From positions 86,641 to 150,640 of the forward strand of contig CALXES010000001.1 of NCBI GenBank assembly GCA_944387385.1: DNA of 64,000 nucleotides, given 5' to 3'. Under the pieces are notes generated by a model, which did not search any database, was not told the DNA's origin, and saw only the letters and a program-made list of their open reading frames with translations. The DNA is from an uncultured Clostridia bacterium (GTDB taxonomy: Bacteria; Bacillota; Clostridia; TANB77; CAG-465). This document shows positions 9,705 to 19,397 of this stretch, one piece after another. A program made the translations under genes and the position numbers. Position 1 is the stretch's first letter, and each line of letters starts with the position of its first letter.

Positions 9705-10781
9705 ATGAAAAAGATTGCAATTATGACAGCAGGTGGAGACTGTGCAGGACTAAATAGTGCTATAAAATCAATAGTAATGACTGCAAACACACAAGGAATT
9801 GAAGTTTTAGGTGTAATGGATGGTTACATAGGATTTGTAGAAGGAATATATGTAAAACTTGATGAAGAGGTAGTAAGAAGTATTGAGACAAAAGGCGGAA
9901 CAATGTTAGGTTCTTCTAATAAGGAATGTCCATTTCATTATTATAATAAAAAGACTGGTGAATTTGAAGATAGAGTAGATGAAGGAATAGAAAAACTAAG
10001 AAAAGAAGGCGTAGAGGGAATGGTAATAATTGGTGGAGATGGTACATTAGATTCAGCAAGAGTTATTTATGAACATGGTATGCCAACTGTTGGAATTCCT
10101 AAAACAATAGATAACGATATGTCAGCATCAGAGCCAACAATAGGATTTCAAACAGCAATTGATGCAGCAGTTGATGCAATAAGAAAATTAATAACTACTG
10201 CATACTCACATAGAAGAGTTATGGTAGTTGAACTTATGGGAAGAACATCTGGATATTTAACTTTATATGCTGGTTTTGCCTCAGGTGCAGATATAATACT
10301 TCTACCAGAGCAAGACTATAGTCTAAAAGCTGTTTGCGATAAAGTAGATGAAATTATGAAGTCTGGAAAAAGATATGTAATAATTGCTGTATCTGAAGCT
10401 GCTAAAGAAAAAGGCGGAGAAGAGACAATTGCAATGCTTGTAAAAGATAGCTTCGAGCAAAAAAGATACGGTGGTGTTTCTCAGAAACTTGCTGCACAAA
10501 TTGAGCAACTTACAGGATATGAGACAAGAGCTACAATTCTTGGTCATATTCAAAGAGGTGGTGAACCAACTACATCTGATATAATACTTGGTGCACGTCT
10601 TGGAAATGCAGCTTGTAAATTATTAATTAATGGAGAGCCTGGATATATTGTCGGAATGAAAGGTGGCTCTGTTGTAAAAATGGCATTCCCTAAAGAGAGA
10701 GTACCAAGAGTATTAAATATAGAATCAGATGATTTATGTAGAACAGCCAGAGATATGGGCGTATTTTTTGGGCAGGAGTAG
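9705..10781 (+). CDS. pfkA: 6-phosphofructokinase
   Basis: 358 aa. Motifs GGDCAGLN, IGGDGT, PKTIDND, MGR and HIQRGG. Confidence 0.92.
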   Translation: MKKIAIMTAGGDCAGLNSAIKSIVMTANTQGIEVLGVMDGYIGFVEGIYVKLDEEVVRSIETKGGTMLGSSNKECPFHYYNKKTGEFEDRVDEGIEKLRKEGVEGMVIIGGDGTLDSARVIYEHGMPTVGIPKTIDNDMSASEPTIGFQTAIDAAVDAIRKLITTAYSHRRVMVVELMGRTSGYLTLYAGFASGADIILLPEQDYSLKAVCDKVDEIMKSGKRYVIIAVSEAAKEKGGEETIAMLVKDSFEQKRYGGVSQKLAAQIEQLTGYETRATILGHIQRGGEPTTSDIILGARLGNAACKLLINGEPGYIVGMKGGSVVKMAFPKERVPRVLNIESDDLCRTARDMGVFFGQE

Positions 10782-10784
10782 AGT

Positions 10785-11138
10785 ATGGAGTATTTATTTG
10801 TAAATTATCCTAAGTGTTCAACTTGTAAGAAAGCTAGAGAATGGTTAGAAGATAGAAATTTAAAATTTATAGATAGAGACATAGTAACTGATACGCCTAC
10901 GTATGATGAGTTAAAACAATGGATAAATATGTCAAATAAACCTATTAATAAGTTTTTCAATACAAGTGGAATGCTATATAGACAAATGGAACTGTCTAAA
11001 AAGCTTGTAGATATGTCAGATGATGAAAAGATAAAATTGCTATCGTCAAATGGTATGCTAATTAAAAGACCACTTCTAGTATTTGATAATAAAGTACTTA
11101 CTGGTTTTAGAATAAAAGAATGGGAAGAGGAAATATAG
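10785..11138 (+). CDS. ArsC/Spx/MgsR-family thioredoxin-fold protein
   Basis: 117 aa. N-terminal CSTC (CxxC) followed by KKAREWL, and the size is typical of the family. Confidence 0.8.
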   Translation: MEYLFVNYPKCSTCKKAREWLEDRNLKFIDRDIVTDTPTYDELKQWINMSNKPINKFFNTSGMLYRQMELSKKLVDMSDDEKIKLLSSNGMLIKRPLLVFDNKVLTGFRIKEWEEEI

Positions 11139-11148
11139 ATTTAATTTA

Positions 11149-11181
11149 GAAAAGTAGAAGTAGATCTACTTTTCTTTTTTC
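11149..11181 (+). terminator. Rho-independent terminator
   Basis: 9-bp stem GAAAAGTAG / CTACTTTTC followed by a T-run. Confidence 0.8.
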
Positions 11182-11199
11182 TTAATATTACTAATTTAT

Positions 11200-11213
11200 C
11201 GAACTTTTGTTTG
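11200..11213 (+). promoter_or_regulatory. LexA (Cheo/SOS) box 1
   Basis: CGAACTTTTGTTTG has one mismatch to the Gram-positive consensus CGAAC-N4-GTTCG. It overlaps the -35 hexamer of the lexA promoter. Confidence 0.75.
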
Positions 11214-11239
11214 ACAATAAAAAAACGTTATGATATAAT
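11211..11239 (+). promoter_or_regulatory. lexA promoter (perfect sigma-A consensus)
   Basis: TTGACA, 17 nt, TATAAT. Confidence 0.8.
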
Positions 11240-11243
11240 TTAA

Positions 11244-11257
11244 CAAACATTAGTTTG
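11244..11257 (+). promoter_or_regulatory. Degenerate LexA box 2
   Basis: CAAACATTAGTTTG is a perfect palindrome, with one symmetric mismatch per half-site to CGAAC-N4-GTTCG. It lies just downstream of the -10. Confidence 0.5.
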
Positions 11258-11265
11258 AAAGGGGT

Positions 11266-11880
11266 ATGAATATGAGTGAAGCTACTTTAAATGCACAAGA
11301 GCAGAGAGTATTAGAATATATAAAAAAACAAATAAAAGAAACTGGGTATCCACCATCAGTAAGAGAGATTTGTGCAGCACTTGGATTTAAGTCTACATCT
11401 TCTGCACATCAATATATTTGGCGTTTAGCAGATAAAGGATATATAGATAAAGGAGATTTAAAAACTAGAGCAATTAGAGTTGTTGGTACAGAGTCTACAA
11501 TTTCTGTTCCAATTGTTGGAAAAGTTGCAGCTGGAGAACCAATTCTTGCTACAGAAAATATTGAAGATTATATGTCAATAGGAGAGAGTTTCTTCTCAAA
11601 AGACTCACTTAAAAATGATAACTTTATACTTAAAGTACAAGGCGAGAGTATGATAGAAGCTGGAATTAATGACGGTGACTATATCATTGTTTCAAAGCAA
11701 GAAACTGCAAGAAATGGTCAAATTGTTGTAGCAATGATTGATGGGGAAGCTACAGTAAAAACATTTTATAAAGAAAAAGATCATATTAGATTACAACCAG
11801 AGAATTCGTCAATGGAACCAATAATTGTAAAGAACTGTCAAATACTTGGTAAAGTAATTGGATTATTTAGAAAAATATAA
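11266..11880 (+). CDS. lexA: SOS repressor LexA
   Basis: 204 aa. wHTH GYPPSVREI, cleavage-site VAAGEP, catalytic GESM and VKTF. The start could instead be ATG 11272. Confidence 0.95.
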   Translation: MNMSEATLNAQEQRVLEYIKKQIKETGYPPSVREICAALGFKSTSSAHQYIWRLADKGYIDKGDLKTRAIRVVGTESTISVPIVGKVAAGEPILATENIEDYMSIGESFFSKDSLKNDNFILKVQGESMIEAGINDGDYIIVSKQETARNGQIVVAMIDGEATVKTFYKEKDHIRLQPENSSMEPIIVKNCQILGKVIGLFRKI

Positions 11881-11891
11881 GATAATACAAA

Positions 11892-11922
11892 AAGAAAATA
11901 CGATTATGTATTTTCTTTTTTA
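11892..11922 (+). terminator. Rho-independent terminator after lexA
   Basis: 10-bp stem AAGAAAATAC / GTATTTTCTT followed by a T-run. Confidence 0.8.
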
Positions 11923-11965
11923 TTTATAATAGTTATAATATAAGTATGAATTTTTGGAGGGTTAT

Positions 11966-12271
11966 ATGGAAAGTTTTTGGGTGCTTTATTGGTTAGTAAT
12001 TGTTTTAAGTTTTATTTTAGGAATAATTGTTACTATAAAGACTAAAAAAATTAGTGGTGTAATACAGAGTATTTTATCAGTAATTTTACCGATATGGAGC
12101 ATAGTTTTTAGTTTAAAAAGAAATTGGGTTGATGGAAAAGATGGAGAAATTGAATTCTTTTTTTATAGCTTAGCAAATTATTCATTAGAAGCAATAGTTT
12201 TACTTTTGATATATATTATTTTAATAATTTTATTTATATATAATATTGTAAAATTATTTAAAAAAGGGTAG
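11966..12271 (+). CDS. Small integral membrane protein (3 predicted TM segments), unknown function
   Basis: Track ORF trimmed to ATG 11966 after a GGAGGG RBS. The sequence is mostly hydrophobic. Confidence 0.6.
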   Translation: MESFWVLYWLVIVLSFILGIIVTIKTKKISGVIQSILSVILPIWSIVFSLKRNWVDGKDGEIEFFFYSLANYSLEAIVLLLIYIILIILFIYNIVKLFKKG

Positions 12272-12280
12272 TGTTATTTT

Positions 12281-12306
12281 AGAGCAGGTATTTACTTGCT
12301 CTTTTT
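12281..12306 (+). terminator. Probable terminator
   Basis: Stem AGAGCAG / TTGCTCT (one G-U pair) followed by T5. Confidence 0.5.
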
Positions 12307-12352
12307 CACGTTGAAAACTTTTACTCATAAACTATAGTATTGGAGGTGTAAA

Positions 12353-12931
12353 ATGCTAGATAATTTAAATGTTGGTTTAGGAATTACAGGATCTTTTTGC
12401 AATTTTCCAAGGATTAAAGCATTAATTGATGCTCTAAAAGAGGAAAAGGTAAATAAAATAATTCCAATTGTGTCATTTGTAACAAAGACTTATGATACTA
12501 GATTTTTTGTTAAAGATAATTTTATAGAAATGTTAGAACGAGAGACAGGTCAAAAAGTTGTAGATGATATTGTAAAAGCAGAGCCTTTAGGACCAAAAGA
12601 TATGATGGATATAATGATAATTGTTCCTTGTACAGGAAATACAGTAGCAAAACTTGCAAGTGGAATTACAGATAGTGCAGTTTTAATGGCAACAAAAGGT
12701 CATATAAGAAATAATAAGCCAGTTGTAATTGGAATATCTACAAATGATGGACTTGGAGCTAATTTTAAAAATATTGGACTATTATATGATACAAAAAATT
12801 TTTACTTTGTCCCATTTAGGCAAGACGATTATAAGAAAAAGCCTAAGTCTTTAGTTTTAGATTATACAAAAGTAATGGATACAATAAAACTTGCTTTACA
12901 TGGAGAGCAAATTCAGCCACTTCTTGTTTGA
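12353..12931 (+). CDS. spoVFB: Dipicolinate synthase subunit B (SpoVFB/DpaB-like flavoprotein)
   Basis: 192 aa. GITGSFC, IVKAEPLGPK, VPCTGNT, GISTNDGLG and FVPFRQDDYKKKPKSLV closely parallel B. subtilis SpoVFB as I recall it. Confidence 0.8.
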   Translation: MLDNLNVGLGITGSFCNFPRIKALIDALKEEKVNKIIPIVSFVTKTYDTRFFVKDNFIEMLERETGQKVVDDIVKAEPLGPKDMMDIMIIVPCTGNTVAKLASGITDSAVLMATKGHIRNNKPVVIGISTNDGLGANFKNIGLLYDTKNFYFVPFRQDDYKKKPKSLVLDYTKVMDTIKLALHGEQIQPLLV

Positions 12932-12971
12932 CAAAATGATTAAAGTTATATATACTTAAATTGGTGGTAAA

Positions 12972-13577
12972 ATGAATAAAGAATTTTCAAATATCATTAT
13001 TTTCAATAATAAGGATATATTAGAGATAAAAAAAGTAATTGAAAAGATGTTTAAAGATTTAAGCTATGATATAGCTTCTGTAAATGATTATAGTATACAG
13101 ATAGATATTTTAAATGATACAATTAATAATATTTGTATTATTTCATCAGAATATTTTAAGTTTAAGAATATGAATACAAATAAAAGCGTAATTAGGAAAA
13201 TATCTAAAAGACTTGCACAAGATACTTTTATGACAAGCTCTATTAATGATATTTCTGTTGTTGAAAAATATAGTTTTAATAAGAGGACATATGATTATAT
13301 ATGTTTTGGAAATAGAGAAAAACTAATTGAACTTGGATATAGTGACTCATATGAAAAATATATGCATAAGGAGATTTGGAAAAATCATTTTGTTGGTAGA
13401 AATAATATAGAATCAGTAGATAAAATTTTATCGAATAAAAATACATTTTTTGAAAATTATGAGATTTTAATAGACATATTAAAGCTTTATGGAATAAAAC
13501 CTGAGCTTGTTACATATAAATGTGGCGATGAGATAACAAATCATGAGATTTTAAAAGAAACTGTATATATAAAATAA
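12972..13577 (+). CDS. Hypothetical protein
   Basis: 201-aa ORF with no recognisable motif. Codon usage matches its neighbours. Confidence 0.6.
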   Translation: MNKEFSNIIIFNNKDILEIKKVIEKMFKDLSYDIASVNDYSIQIDILNDTINNICIISSEYFKFKNMNTNKSVIRKISKRLAQDTFMTSSINDISVVEKYSFNKRTYDYICFGNREKLIELGYSDSYEKYMHKEIWKNHFVGRNNIESVDKILSNKNTFFENYEILIDILKLYGIKPELVTYKCGDEITNHEILKETVYIK

Positions 13578-13606
13578 AAAATCCTTGAATATCAAGGATT
13601 TTTTTC
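13576..13606. terminator. Rho-independent terminator (A-run/T-run flanked, possibly bidirectional)
   Basis: Stem ATCCTTGA / TCAAGGAT with A5 upstream and T7 downstream. Confidence 0.8.
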
Positions 13607-13783
13607 TAGTATATGAGCATATTATTATATAGTTCTAAAAGAACATTATCTTCTTTTTTGTAATTTATATAATATAGTTTATCAAATAAAAATAACATTT
13701 CTAGTTTTGCAAGTATTATTTGTATAATAGAGTATATTTTGTTATTTTTATTTTGTTTATCTTTTTGTGTAATAAATATTAGT

Positions 13784-13936
13784 TTACCGCATAAAATAGT
13801 GATATGTCATTTCATATCTTATAGATTCTTGTCCTTCTTTAGAGTAAAAGATAATAACTCCATCTTTATTTTTTTGAATGATCGGATTAAAATTTTCATC
13901 CAAATATAGCTTTTTGACTTTTACACTAGGTTCCAT
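13784..13936 (-). CDS. Possible small protein (50 aa), unknown
   Basis: Not in the track because it is below the length cutoff. On the minus strand AAAAGGAG is followed by ATG. Translation: MEPSVKVKKLYLDENFNPIIQKNKDGVIIFYSKEGQESIRYEMTYHYFMR. Confidence 0.35.
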   Translation of the reverse strand: MEPSVKVKKLYLDENFNPIIQKNKDGVIIFYSKEGQESIRYEMTYHYFMR

Positions 13937-14056
13937 ATTAATCAACTCCTTTTAATATATTATAAATACAATTATATTATATCACTGTTTACATAAAAAG
14001 TAAATAAAATATTATGAAGAAAAATATATTTTTTACTTTATTTTATGTTAAATATA

Positions 14057-14065
14057 TGCTATAAT
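14057..14065 (+). promoter_or_regulatory. Extended -10 element upstream of rimO
   Basis: TGCTATAAT (TGnTATAAT). The -35 is weak. Confidence 0.4.
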
Positions 14066-14096
14066 ATTTTGTGTATTATAGATGGAGGAAAATAGT

Positions 14097-15428
14097 ATGA
14101 ATGTTGGACTTGTAACCCTTGGATGTACTAAAAATCAAGTTGACAGTGAGATGATTCTTGGAGCATTTAAATCACAAGGGTTTGACATAGTAAATCAGGT
14201 AGAAGATGCAGAAATAATTGTCGTTAATACTTGTGGATTTATACAATCAGCTAAAGAGGAAGCAATTGATACTATACTTGAAATGGCTGATTATAAAGAG
14301 ATTGGAAAATGTAAAGCCTTAATAGTAACAGGCTGTTTAGCGAAAAGGTATAAATCGCAAATTATTGAGTCTATGCCAGAAGTTGATCTAGTTATTGGTG
14401 TAGATGAATATGATAATTTATCTGAAATTCTATCAAACTTTTTTAATCAAACAAAATTCTTAAATCAATATAAATTTAGTCAAAAATTAGATTTTAACAA
14501 TAGAGTTATTTCTTCAACTTATCCATTAGCATATATAAGAATATCTGACGGTTGCGATAACAGATGTAGTTATTGTGCAATACCTTTAATTAGAGGAAGA
14601 TTTAAAAGTAGAAAAATGGAAGATATTTTACAAGAAGTAGAAGGACTTGCAAAGCAAGGCATAAAAGAATTTTGTGTTATTTCACAAGATACATCAAAAT
14701 ATGGACTTGATATTTATGGAGAACTTAAACTTGCAGAACTACTTAAAAAAATGTCTCAAATTGAGGGAGTAAAATGGATTAGAATATTATATATGTATTT
14801 GTTTGAAACAACAGATGAATTAATTGAAGAAATCGGTAAAAATGATAAAGTTTGTAATTATTTTGATATACCTATTCAGCATTTAAATGATAGATTATTA
14901 AAGGATATGAATAGGCATGATACAAAACAAATTATTTTTGATAGAATAAAAAAAATTAGACAAATAGTTCCAAATGCGATACTAAGAACTACTTGTATAG
15001 TTGGATTTCCTGGCGAGACAGAAAAAGAGTTTGAGGAGCTTCTTGAAGGAATAAAAGAGATTAAGTTTGATAGACTTGGTGCTTTTACTTATTCTAGAGA
15101 AGAAGACACTAAAAGCTATGATTTTGAAAATCAAATAGATGAAGATATAAAAGAAAAAAGACTTAAAAAATTGTTTGATGTTCAAAAGGAGATATCGCTA
15201 GAAAAAAATAAACAAAGATTAGGAAAAGAATATGAAGTTATTATAGAAGATATATCTGAAGATGAACAATATTTCGTGTGTAGGTCAATGCTTGAAGCAC
15301 CTGATGTTGATGGAAGAATATATATAAAAATAGATGAAGACAGTGCTTCAAAGGCAATAGTTGGAGAATATTCGCTTGTAAAGATTATTGACTATAACGA
15401 ATATGATTTGTTCGCTCAAATTATATAG
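14097..15428 (+). CDS. rimO: Ribosomal protein S12 methylthiotransferase RimO
   Basis: ATG 14097 after a GGAGG RBS. MTTase N-domain (LGCTKNQVDSE, NTCGF), radical SAM CDNRCSYC and a C-terminal TRAM domain. Confidence 0.9.
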   Translation: MNVGLVTLGCTKNQVDSEMILGAFKSQGFDIVNQVEDAEIIVVNTCGFIQSAKEEAIDTILEMADYKEIGKCKALIVTGCLAKRYKSQIIESMPEVDLVIGVDEYDNLSEILSNFFNQTKFLNQYKFSQKLDFNNRVISSTYPLAYIRISDGCDNRCSYCAIPLIRGRFKSRKMEDILQEVEGLAKQGIKEFCVISQDTSKYGLDIYGELKLAELLKKMSQIEGVKWIRILYMYLFETTDELIEEIGKNDKVCNYFDIPIQHLNDRLLKDMNRHDTKQIIFDRIKKIRQIVPNAILRTTCIVGFPGETEKEFEELLEGIKEIKFDRLGAFTYSREEDTKSYDFENQIDEDIKEKRLKKLFDVQKEISLEKNKQRLGKEYEVIIEDISEDEQYFVCRSMLEAPDVDGRIYIKIDEDSASKAIVGEYSLVKIIDYNEYDLFAQII

Positions 15429-15441
15429 AATGGAGGAAAGT

Positions 15442-16746
15442 ATGTTCACAAAGGACAGCTTAAAAAATTCAACATTGTCAGAATTAAGACAAATTGCTGA
15501 TAAATTAAATTTAGAAGGTTATGAAAGATTAAAAAAAGAATATTTAGTAGAAGAAATTATAAAAAGTCTACAAGAGACTAATGAATTAGAAGATAAAATA
15601 GATATTCAAATTGAAAATAATGAGACAGATTTCATCACAGAGGGAATACTAGAAGTGATGTCAGAAGGATATGGTTTTTTACGTAGTGATAATTATTTAC
15701 CAGGTAGTAAAGATGTATATGTATCTGCAACTCAAATAAGAAGATTTAGACTCGCAACAGGGGATAAATTAAAAGGAATTGCAAGATTTACAACAGATCC
15801 ACAAAATAAATATCCGTCACTTATTTATATAGAAAATGTAAATGGTGATAGAATTGAATTTGTGTTAAAGAGAAGATCTTTTGAATCTTTAATACCAATT
15901 TATCCAAATGAGAGATTACGTCTTGAAACAGAAAAAGATGAATATGCAACAAGACTAATTGATTTAATTGCTCCTATTGGAAAAGGACAACGTGGACTAA
16001 TTGTTGCTCAACCTAAAGCTGGTAAGACTACACTTTTAAAACAAATTGCAAATGGAATATTAAAAAATAATCCTGAAGTAAAACTTATGGTACTTTTAAT
16101 AGATGAAAGACCAGAGGAAGTAACAGATATTGAACGTTCTATTGAAGCAGAAGTTGTACATTCAACTTTTGATGAATCACCAGAGCATCACATTAAAGTA
16201 TCAAAAATGGTAATAGAAAGAGCCAAAAGACTTGTTGAGCATAATAAAGATGTAGTTATATTATTAGATAGTTTAACAAGACTTACAAGAGCAAGTAATT
16301 TAGAAGTAGAACCTAGTGGTAAGACTCTATCTGGTGGATTAGACCCATCATCACTAAACTTTCCTAAAAAGTTTTTTGGTGCTGCTAGAAATATTGAAAA
16401 TGGTGGTAGTTTAACAATTCTTGCAACTACTCTTGTTGATACTGGTAGTAGAATGGATGATATGATTTTTGAGGAATTTAAAGGTACTGGTAATATGGAA
16501 GTATTTTTAGATAGAAAACTATCTGAAAAGAGAATATATCCTGCAATTGATATATATAAATCTAGTACTAGAAGAGAAGACTTGTTATTTTTACCAAAAG
16601 AACAAGAAACATCAACCTATATTAGAAAATTACTATCACAATCAAATAATACAGAAATGGTTGAAAGAATTATGAATATACTAGTAAAAACAAAAAATAA
16701 TCAAGAATTTATTAAAGTTTTTTTAGAAAATCTTAGAAAAAAATAG
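15442..16746 (+). CDS. rho: Transcription termination factor Rho
   Basis: Track ORF trimmed to ATG 15442 (GGAGG RBS). N-terminal GILEVMSEGYGFLR, Walker A PKAGKTTLL and the RecA-type core. Confidence 0.95.
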   Translation: MFTKDSLKNSTLSELRQIADKLNLEGYERLKKEYLVEEIIKSLQETNELEDKIDIQIENNETDFITEGILEVMSEGYGFLRSDNYLPGSKDVYVSATQIRRFRLATGDKLKGIARFTTDPQNKYPSLIYIENVNGDRIEFVLKRRSFESLIPIYPNERLRLETEKDEYATRLIDLIAPIGKGQRGLIVAQPKAGKTTLLKQIANGILKNNPEVKLMVLLIDERPEEVTDIERSIEAEVVHSTFDESPEHHIKVSKMVIERAKRLVEHNKDVVILLDSLTRLTRASNLEVEPSGKTLSGGLDPSSLNFPKKFFGAARNIENGGSLTILATTLVDTGSRMDDMIFEEFKGTGNMEVFLDRKLSEKRIYPAIDIYKSSTRREDLLFLPKEQETSTYIRKLLSQSNNTEMVERIMNILVKTKNNQEFIKVFLENLRKK

Positions 16747-16809
16747 ACTTTTTTTGAGATTAATATTAGAATTATAGTATGACTTTATTATTAAAGAGAG
16801 GTATGATTT

Positions 16810-18453
16810 ATGAAGGAAAAAATAAAATTAACATTTGAAGATGGACGTGAGATTACAGTTCCATATAAAACAACTGCTATTGATGCTGTAAAAATGGTAG
16901 AAGACGATGTTGAAGACGTTCTTGCAATTACAGTAAATAATGAGGTTAAATTTCAAAAATATGAATTAGTTAGAGATTCAGAAATTAGATTTGTTAAAAT
17001 TGATTCTGAAGATGGATATAGGGTATATTCTAAAAGCTTAAAACTTGTATTATATATGGCAATTACTGAGCTTTTTGGATATCAAGATGTAGATTTTCAA
17101 ACTACAATTAATAGAAACCAATATTTTATAATGCCAGAATTTTATTTAACTGAAGAAAAGATAAAAATGATTAGAGATAAGATGCAAGAAATAATAGACG
17201 CAGATTATGAAATAGAAAAAAGAATGCTTAGTGTAGATGAAGCAAGAGAATATTATGAGAAGTCTGGAGATTTAGATAAGATACAGAATATGTCTACAAG
17301 GATAAAATCTTATACAAATGTATATTTTTGTAATGGGTATTATAACAATTTTTATGGAGTTTTAGTACCAAATACTGGATATTTAGATGTATTTGACTTG
17401 ATTCCATTTAGAAATGGTGCTTTACTAGTTACAAAGGATGCTAATGGAAATAAACCACAAGTAAATAATTCAAGACTAATAGATGCTATAGAAGAATTTT
17501 ATAAGTTTAAAAAGATTTTTGATATAGATAATATTGGTGAGTTAAACGATAAGATAATAAAAAATGAGATGTTAGATATAATACAAGTATCTGAGGCAAT
17601 TCATCAGAGAAAAATTGTAGAAATTGTACAAGATATAGAAAAGAAAAAAGATATAAAGCTTGTTCTAATTGCTGGGCCATCTTCTTCAGGAAAAACAACT
17701 TTTGCACAACAACTTGGTGTACAGCTTAGACTTACAGGATATAATCCTATAACTATATCTATGGATAATTATTTTAAAGAAAGAGTAGATACTCCTCTTG
17801 GTCCTGATGGAAAGTATGATTTTGAAAGAGTTGATGCTTTAGATATTGATTTATTTAATGAGCATATGGAAAAGCTTATTGAAGGAGAAGTTGTTGAGCT
17901 TCCTGAATTTGATTTTATTAATGGAACAAAGAAATATAATGGAAGATATTTAGCTCTAAATCCTATGGATGTATTGATAGTTGAGGGAATTCATGCATTA
18001 AACCCAATTCTTACAAAATTTACACCAGCTAAGAATAAATATAAGATATACATTGCTCCTATAACTACATTAAATTTGGACGGTTATTCAAAAGTATCAT
18101 CATCAGATACTAGATTCTTAAGAAGACTTGTAAGGGATTTTGCAACTCGTGGTCATAGTGTGGATAGAACTTTTGAGCTTTGGGGAAATGTAAAAAAAGG
18201 AGAAGAGAAATATATATTTCCATATATAGAAGATGTTGATAGTATATTTAACTCAAGTATTATATATGAGCCGGCAGTTATGAAGACTTTTGCTCAACCT
18301 TTACTATTACAACTAGATAAATCTAGTAAGTATTATGCAGAAGCAAGAAGACTATATGAGTATTTAAATAACTTTTTACCAATGGAGACATCAAATATTC
18401 CTATCGATTCGTTAATTAGAGAATTTATTGGAAATGGTTGCTTTAATAGGTAA
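16810..18453 (+). CDS. Uridine-kinase/PRK-family nucleoside kinase with an N-terminal TGS/ThrRS-like extension
   Basis: 547 aa. P-loop IAGPSSSGKTTFAQQL at ~aa 290 and VEGIHALNP. The long N-terminal domain is as seen in clostridial 'uridine kinase' homologues. Confidence 0.75.
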   Translation: MKEKIKLTFEDGREITVPYKTTAIDAVKMVEDDVEDVLAITVNNEVKFQKYELVRDSEIRFVKIDSEDGYRVYSKSLKLVLYMAITELFGYQDVDFQTTINRNQYFIMPEFYLTEEKIKMIRDKMQEIIDADYEIEKRMLSVDEAREYYEKSGDLDKIQNMSTRIKSYTNVYFCNGYYNNFYGVLVPNTGYLDVFDLIPFRNGALLVTKDANGNKPQVNNSRLIDAIEEFYKFKKIFDIDNIGELNDKIIKNEMLDIIQVSEAIHQRKIVEIVQDIEKKKDIKLVLIAGPSSSGKTTFAQQLGVQLRLTGYNPITISMDNYFKERVDTPLGPDGKYDFERVDALDIDLFNEHMEKLIEGEVVELPEFDFINGTKKYNGRYLALNPMDVLIVEGIHALNPILTKFTPAKNKYKIYIAPITTLNLDGYSKVSSSDTRFLRRLVRDFATRGHSVDRTFELWGNVKKGEEKYIFPYIEDVDSIFNSSIIYEPAVMKTFAQPLLLQLDKSSKYYAEARRLYEYLNNFLPMETSNIPIDSLIREFIGNGCFNR

Positions 18454-18477
18454 TAAAAATAAAAAAGGGTGATAATT

Positions 18478-19179
18478 ATGTCAGAATTTTTTACTGAGCT
18501 ATCAAATATTTATTATAATGAGACTTTTCAAGTCATTTTAAAATTAGTATTAATTACGGTTCTTGCTGGAATTATTGGCTATGAAAGAGAAAATTCTAGT
18601 AAGCCAGCAGGACTTAGAACACATATATTAGTTGGAATAAGTTCTGTACTAGTTATGATTTGTGGAATTGAAATTGCAGCAACTTATGGTACAAACGATC
18701 CTTCTAGGATGCCTGCTCAGCTACTATCTGGTATAGGTTTTATTGGTGCAGGAACAATACTTAGTAATGGATTTAAAGTTAGAGGTCTTACAACCGCTTC
18801 AGGACTTCTTGCAATAACATGTATTGGTCTTGCAGTTGGATCAGGGTTATATATATATGCAATAATTGCAACAGGTATTGTATATATAATTTTAAGATAC
18901 TCATATCTTGTAAATTCTAATTTAGAGCATCTGGTAGATTTTAAATTTAAAGTATTTACTGAAGCACCAAAAGATATACTAGAAGAATTAAATAATTTAT
19001 TTGTAAAATATGAAGTAAACATATCTAAGCTAAAAATTGTAGATGATGATAATGCTAGTGATTCAGACTTTGGATATATACTATATGAGTGTAAAGTGTT
19101 AAATACCACATTTAATAAAAACCAATTTATAACAGAGCTTGCAAAAATTAACAAGGTAAAACAAATAAAAGAAATATAA
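18478..19179 (+). CDS. mgtC: MgtC/SapB-family membrane protein
   Basis: GYERE...PAGLRTHILV motif, four or five TM segments and a soluble ACT-like C-terminus. Confidence 0.85.
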   Translation: MSEFFTELSNIYYNETFQVILKLVLITVLAGIIGYERENSSKPAGLRTHILVGISSVLVMICGIEIAATYGTNDPSRMPAQLLSGIGFIGAGTILSNGFKVRGLTTASGLLAITCIGLAVGSGLYIYAIIATGIVYIILRYSYLVNSNLEHLVDFKFKVFTEAPKDILEELNNLFVKYEVNISKLKIVDDDNASDSDFGYILYECKVLNTTFNKNQFITELAKINKVKQIKEI

Positions 19180-19206
19180 AATTTATATAAAATAATAAAA
19201 AACTGC

Positions 19207-19235
19207 TTGCAAAAGTTTAGTATTTGATGTATATT
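19207..19235 (+). promoter_or_regulatory. Promoter of the uracil-salvage leader
   Basis: TTGCAA, 17 nt, TATATT, with TG just upstream of the -10. Confidence 0.5.
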
Positions 19236-19255
19236 ACTAAACAAGGGTGAGAAAA

Positions 19256-19372
19256 ATGTCAGAGAAAGTATTTGGAAATATTAATATTAGATTAAGAAGT
19301 AAACAAAGTTTACTAGCATTTTTACCCCTAATTAAAGTTAATAAATTATTATTTTTAGATAGAAACACTTAA
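19256..19372 (+). CDS. Candidate 38-aa leader peptide
   Basis: GGGTGAG RBS plus ATG. Translation: [38 protein letters not shown]. Its stop codon (19370-19372) lies inside the 5' arm of the downstream terminator. Confidence 0.4.
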   Translation: MSEKVFGNINIRLRSKQSLLAFLPLIKVNKLLFLDRNT

Positions 19373-19397
19373 TATTTATATTAAGTGTTTTTTTTAT
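19363..19397 (+). terminator. Leader (attenuator) terminator upstream of the permease-UPRTase gene
   Basis: Perfect 12-bp stem AAACACTTAATA / TATTAAGTGTTT, loop TTTA, then a T-run of at least 5. Located only ~25 nt before the RBS of the next gene. Confidence 0.8.

Noticed and set aside
13607-14081. A 475-bp, extremely AT-rich spacer between the hypothetical gene and rimO, considered as a possible ncRNA or remnant element.
   Set aside because: No stable secondary structure, conserved ncRNA motif or repeat was recognisable. It contains only a weak 50-codon minus-strand ORF (listed at low confidence) and the rimO extended -10 promoter.
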